Part shown: piece after piece, positions 33,348 through 45,560 of the stretch | Position numbering within the stretch: the stretch's first letter is position 1 | Layout: the number at the start of each line of letters is the position of its first letter | NCBI GenBank assembly: GCA_963709405.1 | Contig: CAVPXM010000069.1 | Location: 56,198 to 120,197, forward strand | DNA length: 64,000 bases | From: an uncultured Nitrososphaerales archaeon | GTDB lineage: Archaea > Thermoproteota > Nitrososphaeria > Nitrososphaerales > Nitrososphaeraceae | Direction: 5' to 3' | The notes under the pieces: model-generated | The model's database searches: none | Told to the model about the DNA's origin: nothing | Seen by the model: the letters and a program-made list of their open reading frames with translations, nothing else | Made by a program: the position numbers and the translations under genes

Positions 33348-34137
33348 TGTGTATGAATATTTCTATTATCAATATCAACAGCCACGTTGGAGTATAAATG
33401 CTCAATCCGCCAACTACAATTGTATATTGATATTGATTCAATTTCTACAATTATATATTATGGTAATAGTAATATAATTAAACAGGCAATTGATGTTATT
33501 ACATTTGGTCAGATTAGGCATCAAACATTGAAGAGAAATTGTACTAAATCTTGTAACATCTCACAATGCAACACTAATGATCTCGTTCATCGGAAATTTG
33601 TATATGATGTCGATAGAAATAGGACGAATTTGTCATTTGTTATCTTCCTTTGCTGCTCTCCTGCTCTAATATAGTTCCAGATGTGTCGGAAACGGCTCTG
33701 ATGAACACGAGGGCCAAAACGGATTATTAACTAGCCATATCGAAAATAAAAAAGCTTAGTTTCGTTCCCACTAGATATTATATTTTGTATTGGGTATGAT
33801 GGTGATTGTAATCCAACGATGCAAGCGATCGAAGACATACTAATTAATGTGACAATTGATATTTCCTAGCAAGAACTACCGAGCAGGGATTTAACGGCAA
33901 ATCTTTGATTTTGCGCGCGGGATTTCGCAATCATAATATGCAATCTAATGAGATCTGTCTTGTATAATTGATTGATCTTCAGGCCTGGCTGCTGTCAGAT
34001 CATCTCCACTGAATAAACTTGTTTGTCTAATCTTGCACAGGCTTGTACTACTGTTGTTAGGATTTCGAATGTTATCGTAAGTTTCAGCTATATGAGCAAA
34101 GGAATAATATTATAGGGATTTTATATACTGATATCCA

Positions 34138-34485
34138 ATGGCTAAATTAGAAGATTCTGGTCAAATTATCTACCTGCAGTATAAGAACCTAGAGGACATG
34201 CTTAAGGTCATACTCTTTTCGGCCCAATCAGCTCTGGGTCTGACACCTATGCTTTATAGCATTAAATATACGAGCAATAGCATACTTTTTATTCAAACAG
34301 GGATTGCTAACGGTGCGGTAGTCCATTATCTTGTGATGCGGGATGCAAGACCAGAACATAAATACATAGAATTGAAGCGATTAACCGGAGAATTCAGATT
34401 TGTTGATAGTATCGGTACGGATACCATGTCGCTCTATATCCCAGTCTTAGAACTTGAGACGTCTACCCTTAAGTTTCCCATTTGA
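34138..34485 (+). CDS. Hypothetical protein
   Basis: 115-aa ATG ORF preceded by TTTATATA. Confidence 0.75.
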   Translation: MAKLEDSGQIIYLQYKNLEDMLKVILFSAQSALGLTPMLYSIKYTSNSILFIQTGIANGAVVHYLVMRDARPEHKYIELKRLTGEFRFVDSIGTDTMSLYIPVLELETSTLKFPI

Positions 34486-35179
34486 CTCTACCAATTATTC
34501 TTCTTTTGTGTGAGTGTATTACACCAGCAAAAAAAGTTGCTATGAATAGATATAAGTATAATGAGAATGCGTTCTAAGGCGATATTAATTATATTGACCA
34601 TTAGAGCCTTTGACGTACGAGTAGATTATATATCAACTACAAACCTGACCTCAGCCAAGCAGTTCAATTATAGAATCCATTTGATATAGTTGTTGATGTT
34701 ATCAAATGACAGTTAATACTAGTGTATTTAGTATCGAAGTATGTGAAAATGCATCATATGTATGTGCAATTAATTAGATTAATGAATTTGCACACCTGGA
34801 TTTAGCCGAGTCGAGCATGTGGAATCGATAGTTTAGGACTTTATGAGAGTAACACTATTCAAAGATGAGAATATCCAAGAGAAAAAGACTAAAGTCGACT
34901 CGCCTTCTAAAAAAATCATCCTTTTAGTCGCCTATAAGATTTTTCGGACATCCCTTAGCGAAATTATGAACCCATTTTATAATAATTCTTCAAATAATAT
35001 GAGATTCTTTGAATTCGCCATTACAGAGCTAGTCTGGTGTATCAGGCATATCCATATTCCATTTCTCAATTTGGATACGCATGACCTTTGCTTAGCATTG
35101 CATGCCAATTCCAGAATTCATTATGAACAATACTTGGTGCATCAAGAATAAATATTCTGTTAATATTACGGATCTATCA

Positions 35180-35419
35180 ATGAATAGCGAGATACGAAGG
35201 CCGTGCAGCAGGTGCGATGGTTCGATGCTAGGTGAAATACAACCTATACCAAAGAAAATTCCACTACCGATACCTCTTAAGCCATCATTGTCGATCGAGA
35301 AATATTTGCCGAATATAACGCGGGGTTATGATTTTTATACTGTGTTCATATGTTCATCATGCGGCTACATGGATGTTTATTTTACAAAAGCGAAGCAAGA
35401 TAGCAGGATTATGAAATAA
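35180..35419 (+). CDS. Small Zn-ribbon protein
   Basis: CSRCDGSM...FICSSCGYMDVYF. Confidence 0.75.
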   Translation: MNSEIRRPCSRCDGSMLGEIQPIPKKIPLPIPLKPSLSIEKYLPNITRGYDFYTVFICSSCGYMDVYFTKAKQDSRIMK

Positions 35420-35659
35420 ATAGATATGAGGAGAACGACAACTTAGCTTTGCCAATATTACTATCCTGAGAGCGTTGTTCCCCATTTCGCAGACTTAATC
35501 TATTTGCCCCGGTCGATCCGTCATCGCAGATTAATCGTGACATCATAGCTATTTAAGACAATATCAGTGTTATCTAATCAGTACGCACCAATTCGTAAGG
35601 CAAATCTATATCAGAGGCGATGTAAATTATTATAGGACATCTATAAGGCGATAAAAAAG

Positions 35660-35782
35660 ATGTTAAAGAGCTGTCCTATATGTAGAAACTGTGGCCTGAA
35701 AAAGTTTAGGATACTAAGTCGATCTGAAAATATCATCTTGCAATGTCTTGGATGTGATCAGGTAATGTCAATATCCGACTGA
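35660..35782 (+). CDS. 40-aa Zn-ribbon microprotein MLKSCPICRNCGLKKFRILSRSENIILQCLGCDQVMSISD
   Basis: ATG-to-TGA ORF with CxxC pairs; TTATTATA about 25 nt upstream. Confidence 0.6.
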   Translation: MLKSCPICRNCGLKKFRILSRSENIILQCLGCDQVMSISD

Positions 35783-36115
35783 GTTATTTACTTGTTGATT
35801 GAGCACTAAATTTCACTAATTATCACAATGATCGAGCTTGTGAGAGCCACTTGCGACAGTTAGATAGTAGTATCGTTACGAAATATACGATCTTATAAAA
35901 GGCATTTAATTTACTACTGGCATTAGTCGAACACTCAGAGTAATAATTTAATCGACCATTTTTATGGTAGGGCAGATGAATTGCTTTATAAGATGCCGCA
36001 GCATCCTACAATTGTCTCCTCTAAGCCAGGAACGAATAGAAACCGATTGCCGATCTCTGTAGCTCGAATGTAATCTTTTCATGGATCATAAATCAACAAA
36101 AATATTTCATCATGG

Positions 36116-36162
36116 AAAAATTAGAAAAATAAATAATAGAATTATTTATTTTTCTAATTTTT
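36116..36162. terminator. Perfect 22-bp AT-rich inverted repeat (3-nt loop); candidate bidirectional terminator
   Basis: AAAAATTAGAAAAATAAATAAT-AGA-ATTATTTATTTTTCTAATTTTT. Confidence 0.6.
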
Positions 36163-36210
36163 ACTTCTTACCTTTTGATCCTTTCTTCACAGATTTTTTC
36201 TTTGCTCCAT
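36161..36210 (-). CDS. Lys-rich microprotein M(G)AKKKSVKKGSKGKK (needs one extra G after the ATG)
   Basis: TTATATAT box about 25 nt upstream; the stop abuts the inverted repeat. Confidence 0.35.
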
Positions 36211-36820
36211 TAACTTACCAATGTGCCATGTTCAATATATAAGGCTTGTCATATTGATTATGACCGTGTGTAGTTTCTTTTTGAGGAACAAAAATTTCGT
36301 AATCGATTTTGTTTGCCATTGCTAGAATATTTCAATCGAGATTTTGTCAAGTAGTGCACTTTCGTTTCTTGCAGATGACATTTCATTAAAGGAGATCAAG
36401 AATATGTTGATATAAGATCAGTCTGAAATTATTAACTTGTACTGATTTGTTTGCCTCAGGGCGAATGTATCTTTCAGAAGCGGAGATACTACTCGATGAA
36501 AATGCTAATTAGGATAATAGTCCGATAGGAATGAATTGGTGTAGAAAAGGTACAGTAATCGTACGGTTGCTTTCCTCAGAATAGTGTTCTTAGAATATTA
36601 ATCTACAGCATTCACTTCCAAAAGTCGTAGACAAATACTGGCACGAAGCAAGTATGTACAACTCATGACGAATTAATTGTTACCCTTGGCACAAACCAAC
36701 CTACTAAATAAGATCGCAAATTAACCTGACTCTTTTCTAATTTTAGTCATTAATCAGCTGGGCTACACCTCATCTAAATTCTATCAGCTAAACATTTAGT
36801 AGGATGTTTGTGTTAAACAT

Positions 36821-37351
36821 ATGATGAGACTCTACAGAGCGATAATCGATAGGTATGTTATTAATGATGTGAAATGCTGCAAATTGTTGTTTAAGGATGG
36901 AATTACTACGCAAGAGCTTGTTATAGAGAAGGTTGAAGGAATAATCAAAGGCGTCTGGATCGACGCCAGAGTCCAGAAGCCTCTAGTGCCTGGACTTGGC
37001 AGCGCATGTGGGATTCTAAAGAATTTGGATCAATATCAATATATTGTATGTTCAGAAATTCGATCAATTCCTGATTCCAATCCTTACAAAAAAGATTTGC
37101 AGAAATATAGAATTACTATAATAGCGGCATTCGCCAAATTTGCTATGATAATCCATTCAAGAGCCGAAATTGTCCTGCGGGAGTGGATTCGATTTGCTCA
37201 GTTACTATTAGAATTTATCTCCGACACTCTCGCTAGGGCTAGACTTGGACATAGCTATGTTGAATCTAACAACAATTCATCCAGTTCCATGTTTGACTAC
37301 TTTGGCATCCCAGAGAAAGAAGTCGAGTATTTATTACAAGAGATCTACTAG
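36821..37351 (+). CDS. Hypothetical protein
   Basis: 176-aa ATG ORF. Confidence 0.7.
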   Translation: MMRLYRAIIDRYVINDVKCCKLLFKDGITTQELVIEKVEGIIKGVWIDARVQKPLVPGLGSACGILKNLDQYQYIVCSEIRSIPDSNPYKKDLQKYRITIIAAFAKFAMIIHSRAEIVLREWIRFAQLLLEFISDTLARARLGHSYVESNNNSSSSMFDYFGIPEKEVEYLLQEIY

Positions 37352-38458
37352 CATACCACAAATATTACTTTTGTAAGCAAATCCTTATCAATCAATTAAC
37401 TTCAAGCTGCGCCGAAATGAATGACCTTAAATTGATCGCAATAGAATGGATGCTTGTAGTTTAATTCCTGCGCATAGATTGAGATGATTGAGAATCGTAA
37501 TGTGTTATGAACTGCTAGGATGGAATTAATAAATCAATTTTACTTCTGATATATCCAATAAGTAAGTTTGGCAGACTCAGAGACTTGCAAACTATAAACA
37601 ACTATCTGACCTATGAGCGATCATCCAGTCAAAACATATTGGCAAAGTGTATTTAAGAAGCTTTACGATTATTAGAGTAAAAGAACGTAACAATGACTAT
37701 TAGAACTAGTCCGGCTAAATTATACTATGTTAACACAATGTCTAGGGAAAGTTTTCAGTTGCTGGTGGGCGTTTAAAAATGCAACAGCAGTCGTGTCCTA
37801 ACGAAAATCTAGAAGAGACTTTGGATCTTCTGCGTATATCGATACATTACAATCAATTTTTATAGGATCTACCAACTAAACTAACTACATTTCATACTGA
37901 AGACTCAATCCACAGAAACCCATTGGTATCAGTGCAATTTGAGAATGAAAACCAAGTCAAGGTTTTCTGAACATATCGTGTTCCCATCGTCAGACTGACA
38001 AGAACGTACGGTATTTCACTTCTATCCTGATTAAGGACTGAAAGGTCAGCATCTAATCTATTCCAATGTATGACACGAGCCTAAGATAGCCTGAATTAAT
38101 CTCTCAAAATCATTATTCATAAGATCTATCCTAGAATCGGGAGCAAGAGCGTTCTATCTTTCAAATTGTTGTAAGCAGGTATTGTAACAGACTGTTGCCC
38201 TCTGGTAAGATTGCTGTTGTTCATAGTCGGATTTGTATCTTTCAAAAAATTATTCTACAAGTTGGTTTTAAGTAAAGACACATGTAGGCCTTCGTAAAAA
38301 GTGGGGAATGTATTACGTGTTATCATACTTGGATCCAGCTTATCGTGTTTGTTGATTTGCTTTGATGACCAAAAACCATATGATTCTGGGTACTCAATAT
38401 TGAACTGGCCGACCCACCGAGATTAGAAACTAATCAAGTGAGTGTGAACTTTCAGAGA

Positions 38459-39074
38459 TTATTTCGTACGTCTATTTACTTTCTTTCCTCTTGTTTGCCG
38501 CTTCGTTACCTTTCGAGTTTTTTCCTTTAGTTGCTTCACTTTTACTTTTCCAACCTTCGCAAATCTTGTCGCTCGAGTCTTAACGTTAGCAGTCCTCTTA
38601 TGAGCTACTTTCCTAGGCTGATTAGTAGCTCTTCGCGACACTTTCTTCGCATTACTTATCACTTTTTTTATTTGTCTGGTTGTTTTAGGAGCTGCTTTTG
38701 GAATTTGTTTAGCAGTGTCTTTGGTTAGCCGCAGTTTTGCTAGCAACTTCTGCCGTCTCTTCAAGTACCCCAGCTGTATCTTCTACGACATGACTATCTT
38801 TTACATCTCTGGCTGTTTGACCGATAGCATTTGTAGTATCCCTGGCCGCTATTGATGCGTCATGTACTGCACCGACGAGATCCATGACCGCTCCACTCTC
38901 ATGAAAGGCTTCAGCTGTCTCCTTCACTACTGCAGATGTATGTCGTATATTTTTCGCTACATCTTTTATTAATTCAGCTGCTCTCTTAGCACCAGCGCCC
39001 ATATCCTCCTTTCCTTTTGATGAGTTTGTTTTTCTTCGCCTTACTTTTCCTCTCTTCTCGTTCTTCGCAGACAA
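38459..39074 (-). CDS. Helical protein with a Lys/Arg-rich histone-H1-like tail (one frameshift near 38725)
   Basis: ORFs 38709-39074 and 38459-38764 overlap and join into about 205 aa. Confidence 0.7.
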
Positions 39075-39422
39075 TATCTATCATAGATTTACTTGTAACA
39101 ACTATATTAAATGGTTGATAATGTCATTACAACGGCGAAGTCATCTTACACTTGCCATCCGTGAAGATCTCGAACAATTGCTCATTTTTTGTTATTTATT
39201 TTAATACCGGATTTATTCATCAGTTGCCCTTTATTCCCAATTTATCTACGATCCAGTCAATGGTTGGACGGGAGTACTTTAAGAGCGATCGGACGATTTC
39301 TGGATCAAAACAGTCGTTTCAGGAAGTAAATTATGCAAATATCATTTCCATAATGTGCTATTTATGACAGCTCCTCCAAAAAGGCCAAAAAGCGTATATA
39401 TTTTGCATAGATAATTCGTAAA

Positions 39423-39944
39423 TTGATGAAAGCTGAACAGCTATCTAACAACATACTTTCCTTAGATTCTAACATACGGTTTGCGGGCATCCTAGAAAAA
39501 TCCGGGCATCTTTATGCTGGTGGTACAAGAGGCGGAGTCACAGAGTATCTCAAAGGCAGAGATTCCGAAATCAGTTTTTCTCAAACTGCCTACATAGTCG
39601 ACTTAAGAAAGATGTTTACCACAGATTTAGGTGATTTAGAATATATTGTATACGTGCACAAAAAAGTGAAAATCTTCAGCATGCCAGTAAAGGATCATAT
39701 ATTGGTATTTTCAACAAGTAGCGATGCAGTTGACATAGAAGACATCACAAACAGAGTTCTGGACTATATAAAATCGGTAGAAACCCAATTATCGTTATAC
39801 CCACCATCCAACGTTATTAATCCAGAAAAAAGAGAAGCAGTGAAAAACCTTCACGATTCAGGCATCTCTGAGGAACTGATTGCCGAGCAACTTGACCTAA
39901 GCGTTGATACGGTTAAAGTGATTGTTAAAGAAACCGGGAGCTGA
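39423..39944 (+). CDS. Roadblock/profilin-like sensor domain with a C-terminal HTH
   Basis: ILSLDSNIRFAGIL..SG.L.AGG.R and LGDL.YIV..H.KVK; HTH SGISEELIAEQLDLSVDTVK. Confidence 0.8.
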   Translation: MMKAEQLSNNILSLDSNIRFAGILEKSGHLYAGGTRGGVTEYLKGRDSEISFSQTAYIVDLRKMFTTDLGDLEYIVYVHKKVKIFSMPVKDHILVFSTSSDAVDIEDITNRVLDYIKSVETQLSLYPPSNVINPEKREAVKNLHDSGISEELIAEQLDLSVDTVKVIVKETGS

Positions 39945-40192
39945 ATCTTAGCGTCTAATAATAACATCTGGAAATTCAGAAATATACAATATACGTTGGT
40001 AGCAGAACTTAAGATCGTTCATCATTCCTCTTTGACGATCTAATTTTGACTAGCATCAATGTAATGGTCTAGATGAGTGACGTTAGATCTTCTAAGATAA
40101 GTTCGAGGAGTTAACGTGGATTATTGGATATCCTTAATGCTAATAGCAGTAAGATGAGTGAGAAAAATTCTGGGTAGTGAATTCGCCTAGCT

Positions 40193-41116
40193 TTAGCTCC
40201 CTTGGTTTAATCCATATATTGTTCCGGCCTGGATAACTGTATCCTGTGGAATCTGTCTACCTGGTAAGATTATTACCGACGCCCCGATTGCACAATTCTC
40301 TCCGACTACGGCACCGAAATGATCAAGTCCAGTGTCTATCAATAACTTCTGAGCGAATTCGTCAAAAATTTCATATTTGATATTTTTTCTGCTAAGCAGA
40401 ACATTCGCCGTTCCAGAATAGCCTCCAAACCACACGTTCTCACCTATTATACTATCTAAGATCACATTTTGATGCGAAATCTTGGCATTACCAGCAAAAT
40501 AGGACTTTGCTATTTCACAATTAAAACCTATTCGCGTTCCTCTTCCAAACATACAGTTCCTAACAAGTGAGCTCATTCCCACATGACTACCTTTACTAAT
40601 ATATGTAGGACCCTTTATCTTACAAAAATCATCGATTATAACGTCATCTTCAATTACACACGGCCCTTCTATAATGCTAGTTCTTGCTACCGAAGCATTT
40701 GGTGATATTATTGTACGTGTAACCTCAGCTCTCAGCGTTTTTTGTACAATATCCAAGAAGTGCCATGGGTATACCATATTGTCTACTAAAATGCCTGCTT
40801 CTATTGAATAATAAATAAATGAATTTATCGGAACCTCAAAATTTTGAAGTCCGGCTATTACCGGGTTTTTATCCTCAAATTGCACTGAAGAGCCTCTACC
40901 CGGCTCATTTGCATTAGCAATCAGTGAAGTGTCCTCGTATTCTTCTACCCTTATAGATGGAAAGTTAGTCGCGACCAAACTGGTTGCTCTAGGCAGGTTA
41001 GAAGGAATGAAAACCTTATCAACCGTCATGAACCTCCTCGTTACGTCTACGTTCCTAATTATAACTGGTTGTCCGAATGAGCTTAAGCGATGAAGTGGGA
41101 CAATTTCCGTTAACAA
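40193..41116 (-). CDS. GlmU-like hexapeptide-repeat acyltransferase with a reduced nucleotidyltransferase domain
   Basis: YPWHFL linker, IEGPCVIEDDVII...IKGPTYI, DSIIGENV and FGAVVG...IGASVIILPG. Confidence 0.85.
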   Translation of the reverse strand: MLTEIVPLHRLSSFGQPVIIRNVDVTRRFMTVDKVFIPSNLPRATSLVATNFPSIRVEEYEDTSLIANANEPGRGSSVQFEDKNPVIAGLQNFEVPINSFIYYSIEAGILVDNMVYPWHFLDIVQKTLRAEVTRTIISPNASVARTSIIEGPCVIEDDVIIDDFCKIKGPTYISKGSHVGMSSLVRNCMFGRGTRIGFNCEIAKSYFAGNAKISHQNVILDSIIGENVWFGGYSGTANVLLSRKNIKYEIFDEFAQKLLIDTGLDHFGAVVGENCAIGASVIILPGRQIPQDTVIQAGTIYGLNQGS

Positions 41117-41794
41117 AGTCAGCTCTTGACAGTAATGACTCTAAATGATGTGCAGAATTACGAAAGATCAACCTCAAAGTAACGGCTCACATCATGCAGT
41201 AAACAAACTAAAGTATATTTTCAATTAGTAGCTAATCACCTTAACATTGATGCTGAAGGAGCTTAATTATCCCAAATCTCTAACTTTTTAAAGAATATGA
41301 CAAGTAGATGATTATTTCTACAAGTTCTCACTAAGATTCGGATAGGATTCTGTTCCCAATTTTATAGGCCAAGGCCTATAGATACTTTTTGGAGTACAGA
41401 ATAATATAGCTCTTTAATTCAATTCGGAAAGATTCAGATTGTCACAGACCATCTAATTGCACTTCTTGGTGAGCCTTGGCTAAAAATAATGATGGTGATT
41501 TTGTAATATCTAGGATACATATTTGGAGGCTTTCGCAGTCTGATCTAGTTTAAATTAAAACTGTAAAGCTTTGAAAACAATTTATTATGGTGTAAATAAT
41601 GTAGGTAAATTATATTGCTAGCCCAGAATATTGTCATTTCCAGACCAAGCCTCGAGTCTATCTATGCATCGATTAGATCCGGTTCGTTATGTCTAGTTTC
41701 CAAATCTAAGCCAGTCGAAATGAAGTCCCAGATGGGAGTAGTATTAGGAATCGAATCGAAGGGCAAATTTAAACCTGTAAAGGTCTGAGACATT

Positions 41795-42442
41795 ATGAAA
41801 AATGCAAGCACTAACTCGATAATTTCGATTGTTGTGTTTATAATGTGTTTATTGGTATGTCATGAACTTTCAAATTATCAGTATAAGTTTGTTGCACAGG
41901 CTCTGTTATCGACTAGCGGGAATATCGGCAACAATTTGAAGATATATATGAACAATCTGTACAAATTCGTAATATCTTATCCTTCTAACTGGGATAAGAT
42001 TGAATTTAGCCAAGGTATAACGGAAAGCGGCCGTCAGATAATTGTAACTTTTTTATCTCCTTTGGAAGGTCCTTCTGATTCGTTTAGAGAATATCTGACA
42101 ATTGAAGTTGCCAATCTTCCTGGAGGAACACCAATAGATAAATCTAGGCTTACGCGGTATGCTATAGACCAAATTGATGGCTATAAAAGGTCGTTACACG
42201 GATTTCATCCGTTAACCTTGTCTGCTCAAACTAATAGCAGTAACTTATCCGATGGGGGTCTCTCCTGTTATACAATTTCGTATAGCTATATTGATTCTAC
42301 GGTTGGAAAAATCGATGCACTTGATATGTACTGTGCTAAGGACTCTAAGATTTACCTGCTTTCATTTCGTTATGATTCAACTAAATACTCACTCTATTTA
42401 CCAATAGCTAAACAAATAGACAATTCTTTCAAGGTGAGATAA
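41795..42442 (+). CDS. PsbP-like secreted protein
   Basis: Signal peptide; Y.N..YKFVISYPSNW; KIYLLSF...KYSLYLPIAKQIDNSFK. Confidence 0.85.
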   Translation: MKNASTNSIISIVVFIMCLLVCHELSNYQYKFVAQALLSTSGNIGNNLKIYMNNLYKFVISYPSNWDKIEFSQGITESGRQIIVTFLSPLEGPSDSFREYLTIEVANLPGGTPIDKSRLTRYAIDQIDGYKRSLHGFHPLTLSAQTNSSNLSDGGLSCYTISYSYIDSTVGKIDALDMYCAKDSKIYLLSFRYDSTKYSLYLPIAKQIDNSFKVR

Positions 42443-42937
42443 TCTTCTCCATCTGATTGAAGTATGAGAGAGTGATAGAACCAAGGAATTTGCAAGCCTC
42501 TTACACCCCGATTTGAGTCGTCTAAAACGTAGTCAAGATCGTCGCATGTCCAGATTAATCGATCGTTAAGAGTTTGAAACGCTATTGATCGTACAAATTG
42601 AAAACAAGTGATAGCTGGTATGGATAATACTGTGGCATAATTCTAAAAGCATGTTAAAGCATCTCTCTGGGAAAAAATACTTTTTTATTATTTTCAGTCT
42701 TTAAATCTTGTAATCATCAATAAATTGTGTGATGGTTCTATCTCCTTATTGACTGTGTCTGTCACCTCTGTGACTCCAAATTTCACCATCTAAATGGCTA
42801 TCCCTCAATTTTTTTTCAAATGAAAAAAAGTATTCGGCTATTCGGTATTCACTGGTGTCCCTACAAGAATTTAAATTCCTCAATACACAGGGATGACGAT
42901 TCGATAGGTACCTAATATCGAATCATCAGCAGGCTGT

Positions 42938-43570
42938 CTACGAACATCCGCTCGGAACTTGCATGTCAGGTCCTGGCGTGATACTACATCGTTTTAACGA
43001 AGATACTGTTCCATGTATCGCCTGTCCACCGAAATGATGATTAGTTTTTCCATCATCTAGTGATACAGTAATGATCTTTCCTTTTTCAATTGCAATTTGT
43101 GCAGGAACGTGCTGCCATGTGATAACATGATTTGTGCCAATGTCCATCTTTCCTTTGATCGTCACACTACCATCTGGAGCAAGCTCTACATGATGGTTCT
43201 TGGTCTCAAAATTCAGAAATTCATGTGTGTGAGCCGCAGTTCTATTATTCCAAACCATATTTGTATTGAATGATTTTAGTGCACCATCTGAGGCCACGAG
43301 AGCCCAGTTTCCAATGGCCCCCCATTTGCCAGAAATTGTATAAATTACGGACTCTATCTTACCTTTGCCAACAAAATTACCCTGACCATTGTTCGAACTT
43401 GCTTTAGATTGAGCTAGGGCCTGCTGATAGCCATAACTGCCATTGTGATAATCAAGCATTGAGACAATAGTAGAACTCACGGATAGAGTTGCAACTGAAC
43501 CTATTATCAGTATACATGTTATTGCTTTCGAGGTATATTTCAAGTGCCAGTTCATTAACATATAATTCAA
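42938..43570 (-). CDS. Secreted beta-rich hypothetical protein
   Basis: Signal segment; HTHEFLNF and TNHHFGGQAIHG motifs. Confidence 0.75.
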   Translation of the reverse strand: MNYMLMNWHLKYTSKAITCILIIGSVATLSVSSTIVSMLDYHNGSYGYQQALAQSKASSNNGQGNFVGKGKIESVIYTISGKWGAIGNWALVASDGALKSFNTNMVWNNRTAAHTHEFLNFETKNHHVELAPDGSVTIKGKMDIGTNHVITWQHVPAQIAIEKGKIITVSLDDGKTNHHFGGQAIHGTVSSLKRCSITPGPDMQVPSGCS

Positions 43571-44054
43571 ACGATATGGTCAATATGGTCTACAATTAGA
43601 GGTATCGAGACCTAATTGAGAATTGTCCATGCAGATTCCATTGATCTGATCCAGCAAGATGTTATTGTCCGCATCAAACATCATCAATTAAGTCTATAGC
43701 CTTAAATCTTGAGGTAACCTTCGAGGATATATTAGCAGATAAAACATGTTCTCTAGCAACCAGTTGAGTTGTCTGATATCACTGATCAGTGAGCCACTCC
43801 TCATTGATTGGAATATTGTAATTAAAATTACAACTACGCGTTATTACTAATCCTAAAATAAGACATGACGGTATAGCGTTTTTGCGGGATCATTAATAGA
43901 AATTGACAAAAAAAGAACCGGTAATTGTGGATCGATGTCATCTAATGTAATAACCCGGCAACGGTTGCGTTACAAGCATTTTTTATGACATTATGGTTTG
44001 TGTTCTGATAGGACTGACTCTCATATCTCAAATAATCATTATGACTCGTATCAC

Positions 44055-44429
44055 TTAAAAGGACTGAATTTTCCTGTCTAATTCGAGTATGTTCTGATCC
44101 AGACTAACCAGCATTTCCAAGAGCTCGCCGTTAGCTTTAGTCGATAATTCTAAGCGTACCAAGATTTTCCTGTTGCCTTCCTCAATTTTATTTATTCGAT
44201 GGAGGATGCCATCTTGTTGTTCTGAAATTTTGTTCTGTCGATTATATATCCACCAGCTAATTATGCCTCCTACCAGAGCACCAGCAATTATCCCCAAATA
44301 TGTACTGGAAGTGTTTGTCATGTCGACACATTGTTTACTGACTTCTGGAATGCATCCCCATATACCAAGGATATAAAACCACATGGTAAATAAATAATCT
44401 GCGCTATCTATAATATTTTTTCCTTTCAA
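44055..44429 (-). CDS. Small membrane protein with coiled coil (true start probably the Met near 44321)
   Basis: TM YLGIIAGALVGGIISWWIY followed by a heptad-rich segment. Confidence 0.65.
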   Translation of the reverse strand: MKGKNIIDSADYLFTMWFYILGIWGCIPEVSKQCVDMTNTSSTYLGIIAGALVGGIISWWIYNRQNKISEQQDGILHRINKIEEGNRKILVRLELSTKANGELLEMLVSLDQNILELDRKIQSF

Positions 44430-45190
44430 GTATAATATCTTAATACTTGAATTTCGGCATGAACCGAAGTTCCTAGCTGGTACGATTATAGTATAGATAT
44501 ATGTGTTGCAATTGCAGTGGTTACTATAGATATAACCAGATGTTAGAGACTTCTTTGTGATAATGCGTTCATTTTTGAAGATCCGTAGTAAGATAGTGCT
44601 ACAAATATATTGATTTGTTATCGTTTTCTAGATGCGACATGCACTTAAAAATGATGGTCGTGCAAGCAACACCAGAGTCACTCTCCGATCAGTCATAACA
44701 TCAGTATAAAAATACTAAAAGCTTATTTCCATATGACAAATGTCGAGCTTTCGCATACATTGTTTTTGAATTGGTTCATGAAATGTAACGTATGACTAAT
44801 GTATCCTGACTAGCTCAGACGTGTGCTACGGATATCATAAGATGTGCTTATTCTCAATTTACCGTCACAAGTTACTCATATATCTAGAATCCTCCTAGCT
44901 ATTTCTTGAGCCTGATAGTTACTGTTTTGAAGATCTTGACGCATCAGAGGATCTTTTGTTTGAGCTCTTAGCATGGTAATAAGAACATTCTTCCTTCCGC
45001 TCAAATATTCACTTGTCAAACGAATAAAAGTATTATACTATTTTCGTGGTGCAAAGCTGGAGGATATGATAATGTAAAGTCTTGCTATTCCACTCTTGGA
45101 ATTATGCTATATCAGTATCGTGTAAGATATGTGCATCCTAAGAGATAAGATAACAAATATACATGAACTCATAAATAAACTTTTATTATT

Positions 45191-45560
45191 ATGAAAGAAA
45201 GGGAGGTTAAGGAGTTTGAATGGTATCTACGTGATCATTTTTTTCGACAGTCTAACTTGAATAAGCAGCGATTTTTTTCAAAGCAATTATCCATGGATAT
45301 GGTGAACAATTATTTACGTTATAGGAACTCTGATCCAGTAGAGCTTAATGAGTTTGTAGATGCCGTTCTTGAGAATTTGCTGGCTCGTCAAGTGATATCA
45401 GAAATGATGCCTAATGGTTCTTTTGAGCTAATGCATAAACTTTTTAGATTGCAATGTGCCAAATGCTACTATATCTCGTACCTGAATCATAACGAACCTA
45501 ATGAATGTCTGAGATGCTCGAGTACCTGAATTGCACGATTTTCCTAAAAAGAATAAGTGA
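45191..45560 (+). CDS. Winged-helix-like protein with a C-terminal Zn ribbon (frameshift near 45526)
   Basis: QCAKCYYI...CLRCSST continues as ELHDFPKKNK* in the shifted frame. Confidence 0.7.
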
